Shown here: positions 1 through 15,014 of the stretch, one piece after another
Position numbering within the stretch: the stretch's first letter is position 1
Layout: each line of letters begins with the position of its first letter
Assembly: GCA_040954595.2 (NCBI GenBank)
Contig: CM082596.2
Coordinates: forward strand, 4,918,181-4,982,180
Direction of reading: 5' to 3'
DNA from: Balanoglossus misakiensis
Lineage: Eukaryota > Animalia > Hemichordata
Length of the DNA: 64,000 bases
Made by a program: the position numbers and the translations under genes
Notes under the pieces: model-generated
Database searches by the model: none
Seen by the model: the letters and a program-made list of their open reading frames with translations, nothing else
What the model was told of the DNA's origin: nothing

Positions 1-249
1 CTCGGGAAGGATTTCCTCCGAGTGTTCGTACACTTTCCTGGTGGTATTGGCGTGGATGCAGACGTGGTACCGCCGGCTGTGGACTAGATTAAGTCCTTTC
101 ACATTGACGTAGTTGTCCTGCGGGGGAACGGAAGGATTGGGAACATCTCACAAATCCACATCTACTGTGATTCAAACGAGTCAGAAGATTACAGCTCACA
201 CGCCCACACAGCATCATTCAAGAAAGTCTTTTACTCAGGTAAAATGTAT

Positions 250-295
<46 letters not shown>

Positions 296-3200
296 CCACC
301 ACCACCACCGTCATCATCATCATCATCATCACCACCACCACCGTCATCATCATCATCACCACCACCACCACCGTCATCATCATCATCCACCAATCACCAC
401 CACCGCCAATGCCATTGTCACCACCACCACCACCACTACCATTATCATTATTCACAAGTAAGATTCAACTTACCTCCGTTGAACCACACGCCAGTACTTC
501 CGGAGAACCACAATCATAATCTTCATACTCCAACTGACTCTGATCCTTCCAGTAAGCCAGGCTTCGAATACTATAATCAGACACCACCTTCCATTTGTAT
601 TCATTATATCGTAAGGTTGGCCACACAGCAGACAGTTTGTGCTTTCCGGGAGTGTATTCGGCATCAGGTAGATACCAGTGGGCATTTATTTCCAGCTTAA
701 TGTCACTAAGAGTGATCAGAGATAAAGTGGTTATTATCGGGAATTATGTGCATGACCACTTAAGCAGAGCTAATTCTCTCTCATCAGTGTAAATGCAACT
801 ATGGTATGTTTTATGGTATGTTTCAAAATAAACTAGTCAAACAGCTAGGAGTCATAGACTCTCCCTGTAATATGAACTGAATCAAATCTGATTGACACTA
901 CTTACCTGACCTCGCCCTCTTCTTCGCCGTAAGCACCAACTGCATCGATCACAATATTGGGGATAATGAGCACAGGGTTGTATGCCTCGCAGTCGTAGAT
1001 GTCTCTGTAGACAGTGGTGGACAGTCCTGCCTTGTTGTAACCTCGAAGACCAACTTGCAAGCACACGGTGAAGTCAAGCGCCTTGTCCAATGTTGTACTG
1101 TAGGTAAACTGCAAGGAAAGAATGCAAGAAAGAGTTGAAGTCCAATTAACATTTATCAACTGGCCTTTTTATTTAACACTGGTTCACAATAGCTTTGAAT
1201 AGATTATACCACAGCAAGTGTTTTCACCTGGTTGTTCTCGAACACAGCATTGTCAATCAGTGTCCAGGGATGGAGGGCGTCGCCATGGTGATTATCTGAT
1301 GATGTCTTCGCAGTCAGCGTCCATTCATAGTAATCCATGCTGTCACTATCGCCGGTGCTGGTCGGAATATCCTCCGTGAAGGCGTTCCACGAAAACTCAA
1401 GTTCGTTGGTGGCACTGCATATAAGACACAATAAAACTTATTATAAGATGATCCCTATATTGAACACCTTTACCCATCCCTTTGACATAGAACCACTATT
1501 AACCAAACAGATCTGCAAACCGAATAATTTCTGTATATAGACTCACTTGCTGTACAGTATCTGGGACAAACCCTCTGATATTGGTGGATTTGGCAGGACC
1601 AGGAATCCATTACTGTAGACCGGCTGGAAACAGCCGGCTGGGTGACAGAATTTCACGATTGAACGATATTTCTCCCCGGAGCTCAACTCGATAGACTTCA
1701 GAGCTGTGTGTGACATGCGAAGATCTTCATAGTCTTGTATGAAGTCCCAGATTAACACTCTGTGAAGAAAGAATAAAACATGAAATTTATAGTAAAAAAA
1801 TCCAAGTCTGACTCAATTAAATCCTATTTTCACATGAGTTCTGCCATCTTCACCAATTAGCATCAAACGTCGGACAACCATATCAAGGACTTTTCATGGT
1901 ATTTCTAATGCTGTAATAACATACCCGTTCACATTCTCTTGCCGCTGTATGGCCCAGTAAACGTGCGTCACATACTGCTCAATTTCAGCAGATAAATTCC
2001 AATTTGCTGCGATACTAGACAGAGACGCCTGATAGTCGATATCAGCTTTACAGACGTGGCGCCCATCGTTGTCATGGTGACTCTTGTTGCCGAAACCCTG
2101 GTGTCTATTTGGCAGACTACCGACTGGAGGTTGGTAAGGGAATGAAATACGAAATTATAAGTCACAGTAAATATTTTCTGATAGGTTGAGGTATATGAAT
2201 TAAATCAGGCCATCAATTTTGCGATAAGGAATTTGACTCTAAAATGGTTACATTTGGTGGGAAAATTTTAAGTACTGGGACAGGGACCAGTCCTCACCTT
2301 TATCTGTGCACCCAAGACCGTCGTTGACTTCAGCAGATGTCAAAACATCGTTATTGGCCAATACCAGCACTCCATCTGAACTGACTGTAACACTGCCAAC
2401 ATCATTGGATGCTTTCACTGTTGCGAAGTATTTCTAAATTAAATCAGATTTGAAGTACCGGTACATCAGGATTAAGTTTTTAAACTTGATCAATGCAACA
2501 CTACAAAATAGTTGAATTCAGAAATCTTTGAATGATATTTTCCATTCACACAAATGTTGATTGTCATACCTTGAACAGTTCCAAGGATAGGCCGTCAAAT
2601 GTCTTGCTTGATTGGTCGCTGTCGACTGGTGTAAATGAGACAACGTCGTCATCGCCCGGCGATGTGCCGACACCAACTTCATATTCCACATCCAGGTACT
2701 GATGACTGAATCCAGACCACCTACAGTGTATGGCTGATGTGGTACTTTGGTAGTCGATGTCGTGTGACTCCTACAATTAAGAAAGAAAGACAGAGAATGA
2801 TAGTGCATTACAGTTGTTGTTGTGTGCACCTATCAAGACGTACACCATGTTTCACATACATCAACAAGAAAGTGAAATCTTTAAATATACGTACCACATA
2901 TACAATATTATCCCCTGGTGTGGTGTCGAATACAACACCTTTAGACGGTGCTTGGACAATGTGTCGGTAGGGATCAGAGCTGGCAATTGTGGCCAATCCG
3001 GCGGTGTTTTCAACACGGATAAACACATAGTATGAATGGTCACCATGGAGATGCCAATCGAGTTTGTCAGTTGCTATGGCAACACACGAAGGTGGGGTCG
3101 TCTGCTGACAAACATCGTTGTCGTCATTGTTGATTCTTGTGAAACTGAGAATGTTTGTGTCATGCGGGCTGGTTCCTGATATTGAAGTAAAAGAAAATAC

Positions 3201-6200
3201 ATGGATTACAAGGAATTCATAATTGGATGGGTGGGTTGGGAATGAATGGATGTATTGATCAATTAGTCAACCTAGGAACCAACCAACCTACAATCAATCC
3301 GTCAATCAATCAATCTAACAATCAAGGAGCAACCAATCAATTTGATAACCAGTCAATAAGTCAACCAGTTGAACAGTCCATACATTTTATCATACATGGA
3401 GAGATGAGGAAAGGGGAGGGGGAGTTGGATTAATATGTAATTCAAAAGCATGGCACTTCATTGCTGTCATAAGTTATAAGAAACTCACTTACCAACACCA
3501 TACTGGCAATTCTCGAGAGGTTCAGCATCTTCATCATCATAGAAGGCATCTTCCGCCCACGCAGCAACCAGATACTCTTTGCCGTCTTGCGATTGTAACC
3601 CGACATTTATACTTCCACTGAACGAGGGGGCTGTCACCTCCACAAAGTAAGGGCCTATCACCTACAGGGAAGAATATACCGGGGTATGTGCAACAAGATT
3701 CAATTAGTCTGTTTAATTCTCTTTTGTTCATCTGTCAATAACAATTAAGGCATATTTGACAAGGCAATTTACTAGTCAAGATTTACATGTACACTGTATA
3801 TGAAAGTGTGACGATGGAAAAGATTCTTTGAAAGCAAGTGACAACAATGGATTTAAATGACATACCTTGGTTGTTGACAGCTGTGCTCTGTTGATAGCCT
3901 TCACAACCACATAGAACTCGGTTCCCTCTGCCAGGTTAGGATGATAGGTCATGAAGTCTTGGTGTGAGTGCGTTGACGTCAATGGCAGAATGTCTGGGGC
4001 CAGTCCCGATGATGTGCTGCTCAGTCCGACTTCGTAGTCGTAAATTCCACTTTCAGCATCGTTGCCCTTCCAGCGAAGCGAAAACTGAGAAGATAAAGTG
4101 ATGGGGAATTCAGATAAGGTTGGATTCACTATTGTTGAGGTTTAAATGCATTAGTTTTATCATCTGTTGATTTCAATAAGATTTGTGTAGAGTTAGAACA
4201 TATTCGTATGTATGTATGTATGTATGTATGTATGTATGTATGTATGTATGTATGTACTCACATGGTTTTCTTTTGTATAATAGGCATCCGTTGACAGTGC
4301 AGCACTTTCGATACAGTCATCACCAGTATACCCTGACACTGTGGTCGACACTGGCCACACATCAATGTCATCAACCAGTCTTGCAATGGCCCTGAAGGAA
4401 ATACCAGAGACAAAGTTGAACAGGAATTTGTTACATATGTATCAGTTGCAGTTATTGTTTTAAAAAAAACATTGAATTCCGGTTGCTTTACCACTATATA
4501 AGTGGGCAATCTAGTTCCAATTATATAGAAAATGGCCAAAGATTACAGCTAATGAGTAATGCCCCTCCACTTAATTTGTTTCAAAGCGTTACTTCACCTG
4601 CAGTCATCAGTGGCATTCACAACCAAATTACGGTAGCCCGTCTGATCGACCATCCAAACAGTGCCGCCAACGTCCCTTATGACACCAGGTTTCACTCTCA
4701 CGTCATCAATGTCCACTTCTCGTATCGTGGGTGGCGTGACATCGATGGTAATGCCGTCCGAGCAAACAGGTTTGGATGGTTCCAGTGCCCGGTTGTAGGC
4801 AACCACGGTGCAGTAGTACGTGCCTGGTCCCGGAGCGGTCCAACTTGCGTGCGTAGATGTTGTATTAACAGCCTGTCAAATGACAAGGGGATATCGTAAA
4901 GGGAAGGGGTCGTCGCGCCGCGTGGGTGTCCCCCTTGATGAGAATATGTCCTCCCATATCAGCGCAAACCCCACTGCAGTCGCCACGACCTGCTAGGATC
5001 TTCAGTTGCTGTCATGCCCAGTCTACGCTACAGTTGGCTGCTTCGCTCATTCTAAGAATGATCTAATTTCAGGGATTTGTGGGTACATTGTAATGTTTAT
5101 AAACAAACAAATGCGGCGCGATGAGGGGGAGGGGTAATCTTAAATTGCTGAGAATACTCACAGGCATAGATGTGGGAAGATTAAACGTTCCATCATCTGC
5201 GTTAGCGCAGTAGTTACCAAATACGTAGACGTAGTAGAGAATACCACTTTCTCTGTCGAAGAACCCATCCCAGGATGCGTGAACAGCAGTGTCCTGTTGG
5301 TAGTCAAGATCGCTTTCGCCCGGCTCACTGTCATGAACTGCACCCTCATGTGGTGGACTGATATCCACTGTTACCTGGATAGACAAGCACATAAATAATG
5401 GGTTGAAGTGTGTTAACCCTTTCACCCCCAGTTCTCTCTTTAGAGGTCCAAGTTTACCATAGAAAACAATAGATTTGGACCAAACCATGGTGGTGAAAGG
5501 GTTAAATAACCTCATTGACTATTGTGACATGCTAACAAATCACACATCTAGCAAACAAATGATTTTAAAAGCAAACAGACAGGTCAGACTCAAGCACGTA
5601 AATTGAATCTATAAGACACTAATTATAATTACCTGGAATTGCTCGACTGTTTGTAACATTGCGTTGTTGGTAACGGTGAATGTGTACAAGTAGTCGTGGT
5701 CGTGGTTCCCGATGGGAATGGTCAGCTTGCTGGCATCCAGCTGAAGCGAGTAATCTCTGCTGTAACACTCATTGTCCTTGGGTATGCATCCGCAGTTTGG
5801 AGCACTACAGTCTGTCATCTGAAAGTGGCAAAACACATTTACACAAAATTAATCAAAAGCTAAAGAGATCAACGTACATAAGAAATGTTTTCATAAGATT
5901 GAAACTTATGCGAATTATGACTTACTGGGTATATATATTCAAGGAAATGCAATTTTTGTATAAAACCTTGCCAGGAATAGGATTCCTATTGGACAACTAT
6001 AGGACTCTTAAATAGAACAAGTCCGAAGATACTATTGTACAGTCCTATTGAAGTCATGTAATTGCTATAGGACTCCTATAGGATTTTGTTGTTGCAAAAC
6101 TGGAATTAAGAGGACGAGACATTTGAATCAAAATGATGCCAAAAGACTCTGCAGCTTTACACTTACATTATGTCTTCTAACAGCTATTTGACCTTCGCCG

Positions 6201-9200
6201 TGTACGACGTTGACATCGGCATAATCTGTCAATGTCCAGTGAATGTTGTGCAAACCGCTGTGATCGTCGTAAGACTCGAACACAACTCTGGAAAAATTTA
6301 AGAAGAAAACTTCATTGTTATGAAGTCGAAGCAAGATTGGAGTACAAGACATCAAAGAGGGTGTGTTGTTGTTGTTTGTTTTTGTTTTTTTGGGGGGTGA
6401 AGTTGAAATGGAAATGACATGTTTAGGGACTGGTCAGTTTTTTTGGCCGGGGGGGGGGGATTCTATTCTATTTTGTGTATATCAAAAAATGACTGCCCCC
6501 CTCCCCCCATTCAACATGGACGAGTGGATGGACCCCATCACCCAAAACAGGGTGACCTCCCTGATATATCCAACAACGCCTAGATCCCCCCCCCCGACAG
6601 AAGATACTGACCAGTCCCTTACTTACTCCATTTCGAAAAGATCCTCAGAATTGTGAACAGCCAAGCTGGTCAGTCCATGTCTGGTCAGGGAGATGTCATG
6701 CACTTCGGGAGGTGACGAATCAATGTGAAGCAGAATCTCATCCTGGTTTTTATTGCCCATCACGTCGGTGCCTCTCACCCATATCCTAATGGAATCACCG
6801 TCATTGCGCGGTATATCAAGGGTTTGTTCCTCAACCTGTGAAAAAAATAATGATACGGGGTAAAACGTGCAGTGTCAGTTCATGCATACCTAAATACACA
6901 CACACACATACAAACAGTCTATTGTCTAATTTTGACACATTGATGAATGGGTATGACTTGCAACAGATATGAATATTAATGAACATGAATATTAATGAGC
7001 ACGAATATTAATGATTTGTCTGCACTCAAAATAAAGTCAAGCTGGGCAGAACCCTGCAATGACCACATTTATAGCCCCGTTTTGTACACCAAATTTGCAG
7101 TGAACAGAAATGTGAGCTTATAAGTCTACTGAGAAAATTTAATGACAGGCCACAAACCATGATATCGTCCACATCCTGCCAGTTTCCAGGTTCAGTCGTT
7201 ATAGAACGCCCCCCTTCGTGATCTACGGCGTAGTCCACTTCAAATCTGACGATGGCGTTAATGTTCGGTATGGCTTCACGCGACCTCGTCTGCGGTGGCT
7301 GACCGGTTACTTCTTCGTAATCGGAGGTCAAAGGTGGCGAATGATCTTCGATTTCGTTGAGAATCTTGTGTTGTCTGTGGAACTGGTTGTAAAAACGACC
7401 TGGCCAATGTGCATGTACCTGGTGGAGAAAATGATTGAGTAATTTGTATGAATAGTAGTGGATCCATGGGGGGGGGGGCTGTTTTGAAATTGGGAGGGGG
7501 GGGGTCACCCACTTCTCTATTTTCAATGGGGGGGGTCAGTCACTTTTTGATATCCACAACATTAGAATCCACTAACCCACTCCCCCCCCTCTCCGGCAGA
7601 AGAAACTGACAAGTCCCTTAAAACAATTACAAGTCTTACAGTAATGAACTGGCATACAATTACATAGTTTGATGAGTGTTTAAGAAAATTACAGGGATTT
7701 ATTCACAAAAGTAACACTGACTCTACCTTAGGTCCATTATTGCTGTTATCTTGTAGATCAGTTTGCCAGAGATGACTAGTATTAACTGCAGCAGAATCCA
7801 CCCATAACGGGTACTGACCAGTAGGGTCAACATCAACCACGTTGACGTTATCAAATATGAGGAATCGTCGGGCGCGTATGTGGTTACCAGCTACGTCATC
7901 AGCGGTCAACAGTACGCAATAATCACCTGTGAGAGAGTCATATATAAGTTTTTCCATGGGGAAATTAGCATTTTGAAATTAGCATATCGACCCACCATAC
8001 AGTTGCGTTTCCACAGCTACACACATACAATTACATACTGTACATACATATATGTATACATACATACACACACACACAATGTGACATACAGACAGACAGA
8101 CCAGGGATCATATTTCTCACACGAGTTGGGGATTTTTGTCCCAAACTCGCCTACAGCTCAAGTGCGTTAGTGAAAGAACGTTTTTCATCCAATCAGCGCT
8201 CGCGTTATATACAGGTTTCGATTCTGTGAGAGTGTGGGATCAACACTCTGATCCCACGTGATCTCATTCTATTTTGCACATACTCATTTATGGCATCGGA
8301 TATTCGCAAATATTGGTAAAATGCACTGAAAAATCACCCAAAAGTTTCTAGATATTCACAATGTTTGACAAAGAATGATAAAACGCTGGCTTGTATACTA
8401 CATGTGCATCTTACTTACCCGGTTCTGTTAAATTCATCGTGAACGAAGACCCAGTGGCATTGTCCTTTAAGATTGGAGAGATAGACCTGTACCCCAAAAG
8501 GTCACCATAAGGTTGCATCTTGTAAACTTCCAACTCATATTGCTTAATGCCTGACAAGTTATCCGACCAACCGGACCAGCGCAACGTTATTTCTCCCTGT
8601 AAAGGAGACACAAAGTTTAGCTGTTTGTTGCAATGGCGCGCGTTTGACAATGTGCAGAGAGCGCCCTCAACCGTCTTGTAGGACGATCGATAAATCAGTA
8701 ATCTGAGGTGTGTACGTTGCAATTCCTGTCACATCGTGTTTTCGAGGAGGCTTTATTTGAAACATGTTCAGAGGAAATGGCGTTTTGTTGGTTTTTCTGA
8801 GAAGGAGGAAATCTCGTGCGTACTGCAAACTCGACTTAATTTCCTCACAAAATCTCGCACGTATACACATACATGCATGTACATTTTCGTCGATTTTCAA
8901 ATAACATATTACCCCTTTATTTCTTGGTTTCGTTCAATCCCACTTGGTTTTATTAACGGCACATATACACCTTTTTTACTTACATTTTTGGTAATAGCTG
9001 GACCTCTGTCCAGCATATTATCAGAACAGCTTCCAGTTACAGAACAATGTTCTGGCGGTTCGTAGTCCAACGTAAAATCAGAAGTGTGAGAGATCGTTTG
9101 GCCCCGGTAGTATTGCTTGGGATCGACCGTGTACCCGGATGAAGCGTCGTAGTTTTTGATTTCCACATATCCACCATTCACGGCTTCGACTGTGACGTTG

Positions 9201-10969
9201 AATCTGAAAGAGGGGTGAAACATATGCTCTGTAGACATCGTAAAATAGTAACCTGAGTGTACAGTAAATTCCAGTGTTGTGTTTATCCAAACTGTAAAAT
9301 ATTCGAAAACGAATTTTGATCTTCAAGTTTCATGTCTTTCTCGAACATAAAAATATCAAATTCGGGGATGACGAAACGACACGTTGCAATTAAATCAAAG
9401 TCCCTTATATTTGTTAATGGAAAATGCTCTAAAAGTTTACAGTATCCGTTGACTGATAAAAAATGAGATGTACAAAACTTAATGATCGGCCCCGTGTATA
9501 AAATCCTATCTAAGAACCTTGGCGGTCGGCCCCGTGTATAAAATCCTATGTAAGAACCTTGGCGGTCGGCCACGTGTATAAAATCATACTTAAACACACC
9601 TGTCGCCATGTTGGAAGGAAATGCTGAAGTCGTCGTGTACTTCACAATCATGCAGGGCTTGGTGGGGATTGTCTTGATTATATCCAATTGAACAAGTTGC
9701 ACTGCCAGTGTGGACATCACTTCCGCCTGGAACGAATAATTTCGTCGTTATTGGGAGACAAATTCTTGTCCCGAGTGCGAATCCGATTCCCATAAAAGCG
9801 TGGAATATCACAATATCATTAACAGGTACATCTTTGAACTGAGAACTATAACGGCAAAATATGATCAAGGCATGTGTTTAAACAATGGAAAGCTATTAAA
9901 ATCGCACACTCATAGAAGAAGTCTTAGCAAATCTGTGAATTTATTCCATCCAGGCGCATATCCGGTGCAATAACGATAACACAAAGTTGATCAAAGTTGG
10001 TCTCCAGTCTTTGGAAATGCAGAAGATAGTTAGGCACCTAAATGTGTTGTACAGCATTTATTTAAATGATGATCGGTGTTTGATTTTGCTTAATTTTGTT
10101 TATAAGAACACACCTCTACGAACTCTCCAGTTGAAAGATGCAGCAACGACGCCCACTTTGAAATCGTTGATGTAATACGGCTGCGGATAGCTGGCCGCGT
10201 TCGGACCGACGTATTGGGTGTCCCACTCGACCAGAATACGGTCTGGTACTAGATTGGTATACACGGTCTGAGGCGCCGTCACGTGGTCATCGCAGTCTGC
10301 CTCCACTCGGGTGTCTCCCGCCGTACGTATCAGCTTGGTTATGCAGTAATTCATGGTCGGGGTCGTAGTCACTGGATAAACGATTCAAAATAAATGAGTA
10401 CGGATCATCCAGTAAGCTTTCAGCTCAACTAATATCGTTCTTTTAAAACTTAAACACAGATTTTTAGTAGTTTGTTATAATATTCACAGTCTTCAAACAT
10501 AGATTCCGAAATAAACTTGTCTTTGCTACCAACTATCTTCACTCCACCATCATTATTTAAAATAAATCATTTTCGCAATAAGACACTCGGTTGATATCAC
10601 TTACTCTGCATACAGTTATCACCACTGAATCCTGGCGCACAAGTACACGATGAGGGCGTACTAGGACAGGTGCCTGGATAACAATATTTACTGTCATGTC
10701 GCCAGGAGCATATCTCTGTTCAGAAAAAAAAATGACAAGAAAAAATACGTTATAGCAAAAAAATTTATGTCAAAATACGATATCGAAACTCACCCGAAAT
10801 GACGGTAAGAGTTAGTACTTACGTTGACAGACTCTGTTTGGATAACTGCCGGAATCTATCAGCTCATAGGCTTTGATGTCTCCGCCTCGGTCATAGCTAC
10901 ATCGATGGCAGGCGTGGTTAGTGGCAGACGTACAGTGGAGTTGTTGGCAATTATCGATGGTCGTACATG
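1..10969 (-). CDS. Constant region (about 25 exons, 3' end beyond the window) of a large extracellular protein: N-terminal Cys-rich/EGF-like exons followed by many FN3/Ig-like repeats
   Basis: Chain of GT-AG exons. C1 10969-10823 reads (P)CTTIDNCQQLHCTSATNHACHRCSYDRGGDIKAYELIDSGSYPNRVCQ. C2 10715-10605 reads QICSWRHDSKYCYPGTCPSTPSSCTCAPGFSGDNCMQ. Later exons carry recurring motifs such as 'IDVTPP', 'VDISPP', 'WDGFFDRESGILYY', 'WKGNDAESGIYDYEVG', 'WSGWSDNLSGIKQY'. The frame is still open at position 1. C1 has an acceptor but no signal peptide of its own. Confidence 0.8.
250..450. repeat. (CAT)n/(CAC)n trinucleotide microsatellite, intronic
   Basis: Long runs of catcatcat/caccaccac. Confidence 0.95.
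4207..4256. repeat. (GTAT)n microsatellite
   Basis: About 12 tandem GTAT units. Confidence 0.95.
5417..5501. mobile_element. About 85-bp piggyBac-like MITE
   Basis: TTAA|CCCTTTCACC...GGTGAAAGGG|TTAA: terminal inverted repeats with TTAA flanks; second copy at 40867-40949. Confidence 0.75.
6426..6618. mobile_element. PIF/Harbinger-like MITE (TTA target-site duplication)
   Basis: TTA|GGGACTGGTCAGT...ACTGACCAGTCCC|TTA; related inverted, truncated copy at about 7469-7617. Confidence 0.75.
7469..7617. mobile_element. Truncated, inverted relative of the 6426-6618 MITE
   Basis: Ends ACTGACAAGTCCC|TTA; internal sequence is the reverse complement of the core of the 6426-6618 element. Confidence 0.55.
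9486..9585. repeat. 40-bp minisatellite, about 2.5 copies, intronic
   Basis: tcggccccgtgtataaaatcctat(c/g)taagaaccttggcgg repeated at 9486, 9526, 9566. Confidence 0.9.
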
Positions 10970-13900
10970 CTGTAACAAACGAAAAATATGTGTTACAAAT
11001 CGCATTGGGTCGATTTGTGTGACTATTTCAGATTGCCCGGTCAGTTTCCCGGTCGTACGGTTGCTAAACGAGTCCGACACGACCAAAAGTTTGCAACCGA
11101 CCTAAAAAAAATTCTCCCGAACAGCGCTGTCAGAATTTGTTTAGCGAAAGTGTGTTAGCCACGCCCCGATCATCGCTAGTTGAAGCCAATCGTGAAAGAC
11201 GAGGTGACCATCAGTCAACCAGCTTCGGTGAAACACTGGTCCGATTGTTCCGTAAAGTGTGTTCGAACGCAATCCATTACCAAAATAACGGCAAATCGTT
11301 TTGTGTTTTTTTTTGCTACGGGGAAAGTCGTCGCAATTTCACACTCGTTTGGGTGCCAGTCTACATAGATTATTTGTGCTACGTCTCTGAAGGCCATACT
11401 CTTATCGTCGCTATTGCCACGGCCTTTCCTCAGTCTTAACCTTGATGCGCGTTAAAATTCAATAGGTTTGCTTCGACACAGAACGATTGTATACGTATGG
11501 GTTCGATTTATGTGGGCCAAAAACAAGTTCTTTGTCGGTGTGTGGGCCATTTTCTCCAAAATTGCACCAAGGTGTTGAATAAAACTGGCTGCGCCATACT
11601 TCCACCTTATATATAATCTAAGGAATTTGTGTTTTAACAGGCGTCTGTCCAGTCTTATTACTAGGTTCCGGGTCACCTCATACACAAACCGCATATTCGG
11701 TTTGTCGGAAAATTCTCGTGACACATCGACAAATATAACATTTCATATAATTTAGTGGCCTCAATCAATCTGTCACCGAGGTCGTGAGTACGATACAAAG
11801 CCTGGGTAAACATCGTCCGATCCCCGGTGAAAAGTTGATAAAACAAGGACATCAAAGTCCAGTGTAAATACAAAATATTAATAACATTTCGCCGAAAAGT
11901 TGAAAATTAACAAAAGACACCTGTGATTCATCAGCCCTTGCAACGCCACAACAAATGAAATCCGTCATCGTTAGGGTACTAAAAATGTATTTGGATCATG
12001 TAAACGATTATTCTGCGTGACTTCGGTACGGCATATGCAATCGTCCACAGAAACATGCCCGGACTAAGTTCCGTGCAAGGTCTCGTCCTTTTGTGGAGTG
12101 ATATTGGTTTGAAGGGTGCATGGTTTGTGTGACAAGACGTTGGGGATTTTGGGGATTGGTCGTTTAAATTCACCTACAAATTGATTCGATAATTCAGACC
12201 ATTAAAACGATTCTCGCCTTCCCGGCGGATGTTACTCCAAACCCCGGATGAAGCTGACAGGAAGAAAGTCTCATCAGTCTTACAAGGAAGTAGAACTGAA
12301 AAATCGAGATAAATGCCGAGAGGAGGGAAAATCCCCGAGTCTCTTACGTAAGAGGCACAATAAAACCCTCATAACTTGGGAGTCGCTTTACAAATAGACC
12401 CCACGACGGTCCGTTCGGTTGCCAGATCCGTTTTTTTTTAGCGGTGTGTATCGACGTGAAACCGACCAGCCTGTTTTAAGTTGTTTTGACAGTTGTCGAC
12501 CTGTGCCACTGGCAGATTCGTGTCGCTGCACACTCAATTACGACTGAGAAGATGCATGATTTACGTGCAAGTACCAATAGGGCAAGCTGTACAGCAATTG
12601 CCTACGATGTCAATGAAAAGTAGACGGCGTCCATCTCTGGTCGTCTACGCCCAATTACTTTCTACTGACTCATTATGTGGTAGAAAAGGAAATGCAATAT
12701 TTCTCTCATGTTCTGGCATATAACCTGTATAGTAGTGGTGGTCAGGTAGCCGCACATATACATAATAAAAACGGCCATTTCGCTAACTCTACACACATAC
12801 ATGTATACGTGCACATGTGTAGGGCTGTCCGCACTTTTACCTGTGCCGTAGTTCACATACACAAACAACTGAAATCCGGGTCACCAGTAACATTGACAGA
12901 TGCCATTGCCTATTCAACAGCCGTCTCACACCAGGATTCTAGCTACTATAAAATAGGCCAAAGTCCTCGTAAAATGTGAACCCAGCGCTTTGCGTTATTT
13001 GATTGTCCTCCGAGAGAATGGATTGAAAAAGGGGTAACGTGCAAATTCCAAGGGCGTACAGGATGTCAACCGAGACGGCAACTATTAAAGTGACATGACA
13101 CATTGTTTGTGCAGCTCCGTTGGATCGTGTTTGCTTCGAGACTCATAGCTCAAGTGCTCCCAACTTTTAAGTGGTAAAGTCGCTTACTTTTGACGTTGTT
13201 TTCGTTTATTTTCAGTTACTTTTGTAGATTACGCGTTTTCTCAATGGAGGATATTAAATTTTCGAATTCAGTGACCCCAGGCAAAGTTTTTACAGGTACC
13301 GCACCTGAGCCAGAGTTTATGGCTTTGTACAGGACACAACACCAACATATCAAGACATGACGTAAGGCCAGTTGCCCTATCAGTTTGTTCGTATCGAAAC
13401 CGCGGCAGTCATTCCTCCAACGAAGCTCAGCTCTACGTGCTTTCAACATTTGTGTGGTAGACGTATTTTCAACAACGACGTCGCTGCAGAATGTCGTAAA
13501 ACGAGTTCTATTACGCAACGGGGCAATCAAATGTGACCTAAAAATAAATTGTCAACGTTTCAGCTCTCAGACAAGCCCGGTGGCTGTCTGGCTTGTACGG
13601 TCGTTTTCTCGATTGTTCTTTCGAGTTGAAAGTTCTCACCGGGTATGATCAGCATACATTTCCATCTACACGTAAGATAACTTTCAAGGTCACACTGCTA
13701 TTTGCAATGCATTAATCAAACAGGAAATTAATGCATCACAAATTTGCTTAGTTACATAGTTGTACCTGTTTCCTGGTAAAAAGAAATGGATGATGAATCA
13801 GCACATACAGGGAAAACTTATCACGCGCACCACACACTGTAGTTTCAAAACGGGGGGGGGGGGTTGACAGATAAAGTGTCTCATAATGAAAATGGTAGAT

Positions 13901-15014
13901 GTGGCCGTTATGTGTTCTCTGCTGTCAGTCCGATCTGAATTCTTTCAAGTTACAATATTAAAACTTGCAATACGATACACGTCGGTGTATTTCGATACCC
14001 CGCGTGAACTCTCACCCGGTGCATTTGATAGTGGTTCTAATTTGAAAGCGGTCGTGACGATCTTAAAAAAAAAACTTCAAACCCTGTCCTTATCACGGTT
14101 TACGTGACTTGTAAAGATAACAACAGACATGACATATGTCCAATGGACTTGCTACTGTGTGATAATGTATTAGCTTTTTACTGTGTGTTCCGCGTGAGAT
14201 TACCGTAAATCCTGTTCCACATACCTATAGATATTTTTTGCGCGCCGCGGGCGAGGTTTATATTCTGATCCCATAGCGAGGTGCAAAGCCAACGCAAACA
14301 GGCCTGCACGCGTCGTTGCCGTGGAGATGTTTGCGGTTTAGGGCGATGATGCATACAGGTTTTACGTAGGGACCTTGAAGTTTTTAATAACGCGTCAAGG
14401 TTAACACGACAAATATTTTCAAATAAAAGAATCCAACGTTATTATATGCCCCGGTAATACAAAAATGTCCATAGCATGTCCGAGTTAGCTAAATGGAATC
14501 TCCATTTCAATTTGCTGATTTGTAAGCGACTGGTAATCACTGCCTTTCCAATCCCCGAAACAACGGAATTGGGGAGTAAATAATCTGGGAGAGACCGCGT
14601 CTTGATTATTTGTGTTTATTCTACTTGTTTGAAAGCCTGCGATTCTGTGAGAAACTTTCATACCAGTGAAAAATATCGAGTTGGCCATCATGGTGTCGCT
14701 ATGCGGAAGTAACTTGGGGGAAAAGATGGTTCGCGATGTCTTCAAGAAGCTGAACAAAAGAGCAACGAATCAATACATGATAGTATTATGGTGCCCCTTT
14801 TTAGGAGCGTTCAATTTATGCTGGTAACTTTTGTTGACGAGGCATTTGCACTATTGGAGCAGCAGTTTCCAGTTGACTGAGTCAGTAAAAGTTTGCATTT
14901 ACTTTATAAGCCTTTGGGCAACTAATTGTCCGACTTTTATGCGATTCGAAGACTTCAAACGTAACGCCGATTTGAACCTGGGAGGGGGTGTGGGGTGGGG
15001 TGTGCAAAACTTAC

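Noticed and set aside
113-700. Long ORFs with poly-Ser/His/Ile/Met
   Set aside because: Artefacts of an intronic (CAT/CAC)n microsatellite.
9486-9585. 40-bp repeats as a CRISPR array
   Set aside because: Head-to-tail with no unique spacers, eukaryotic intron, no cas genes.
11000-14900. Additional variable exons between C1 and V1 (e.g. Cys-rich GNCCTACPIGTCT near 12570-12610; hydrophobic stretch near 13310-13360)
   Set aside because: No coherent start/acceptor + open frame + phase-1 donor combination could be built by eye.
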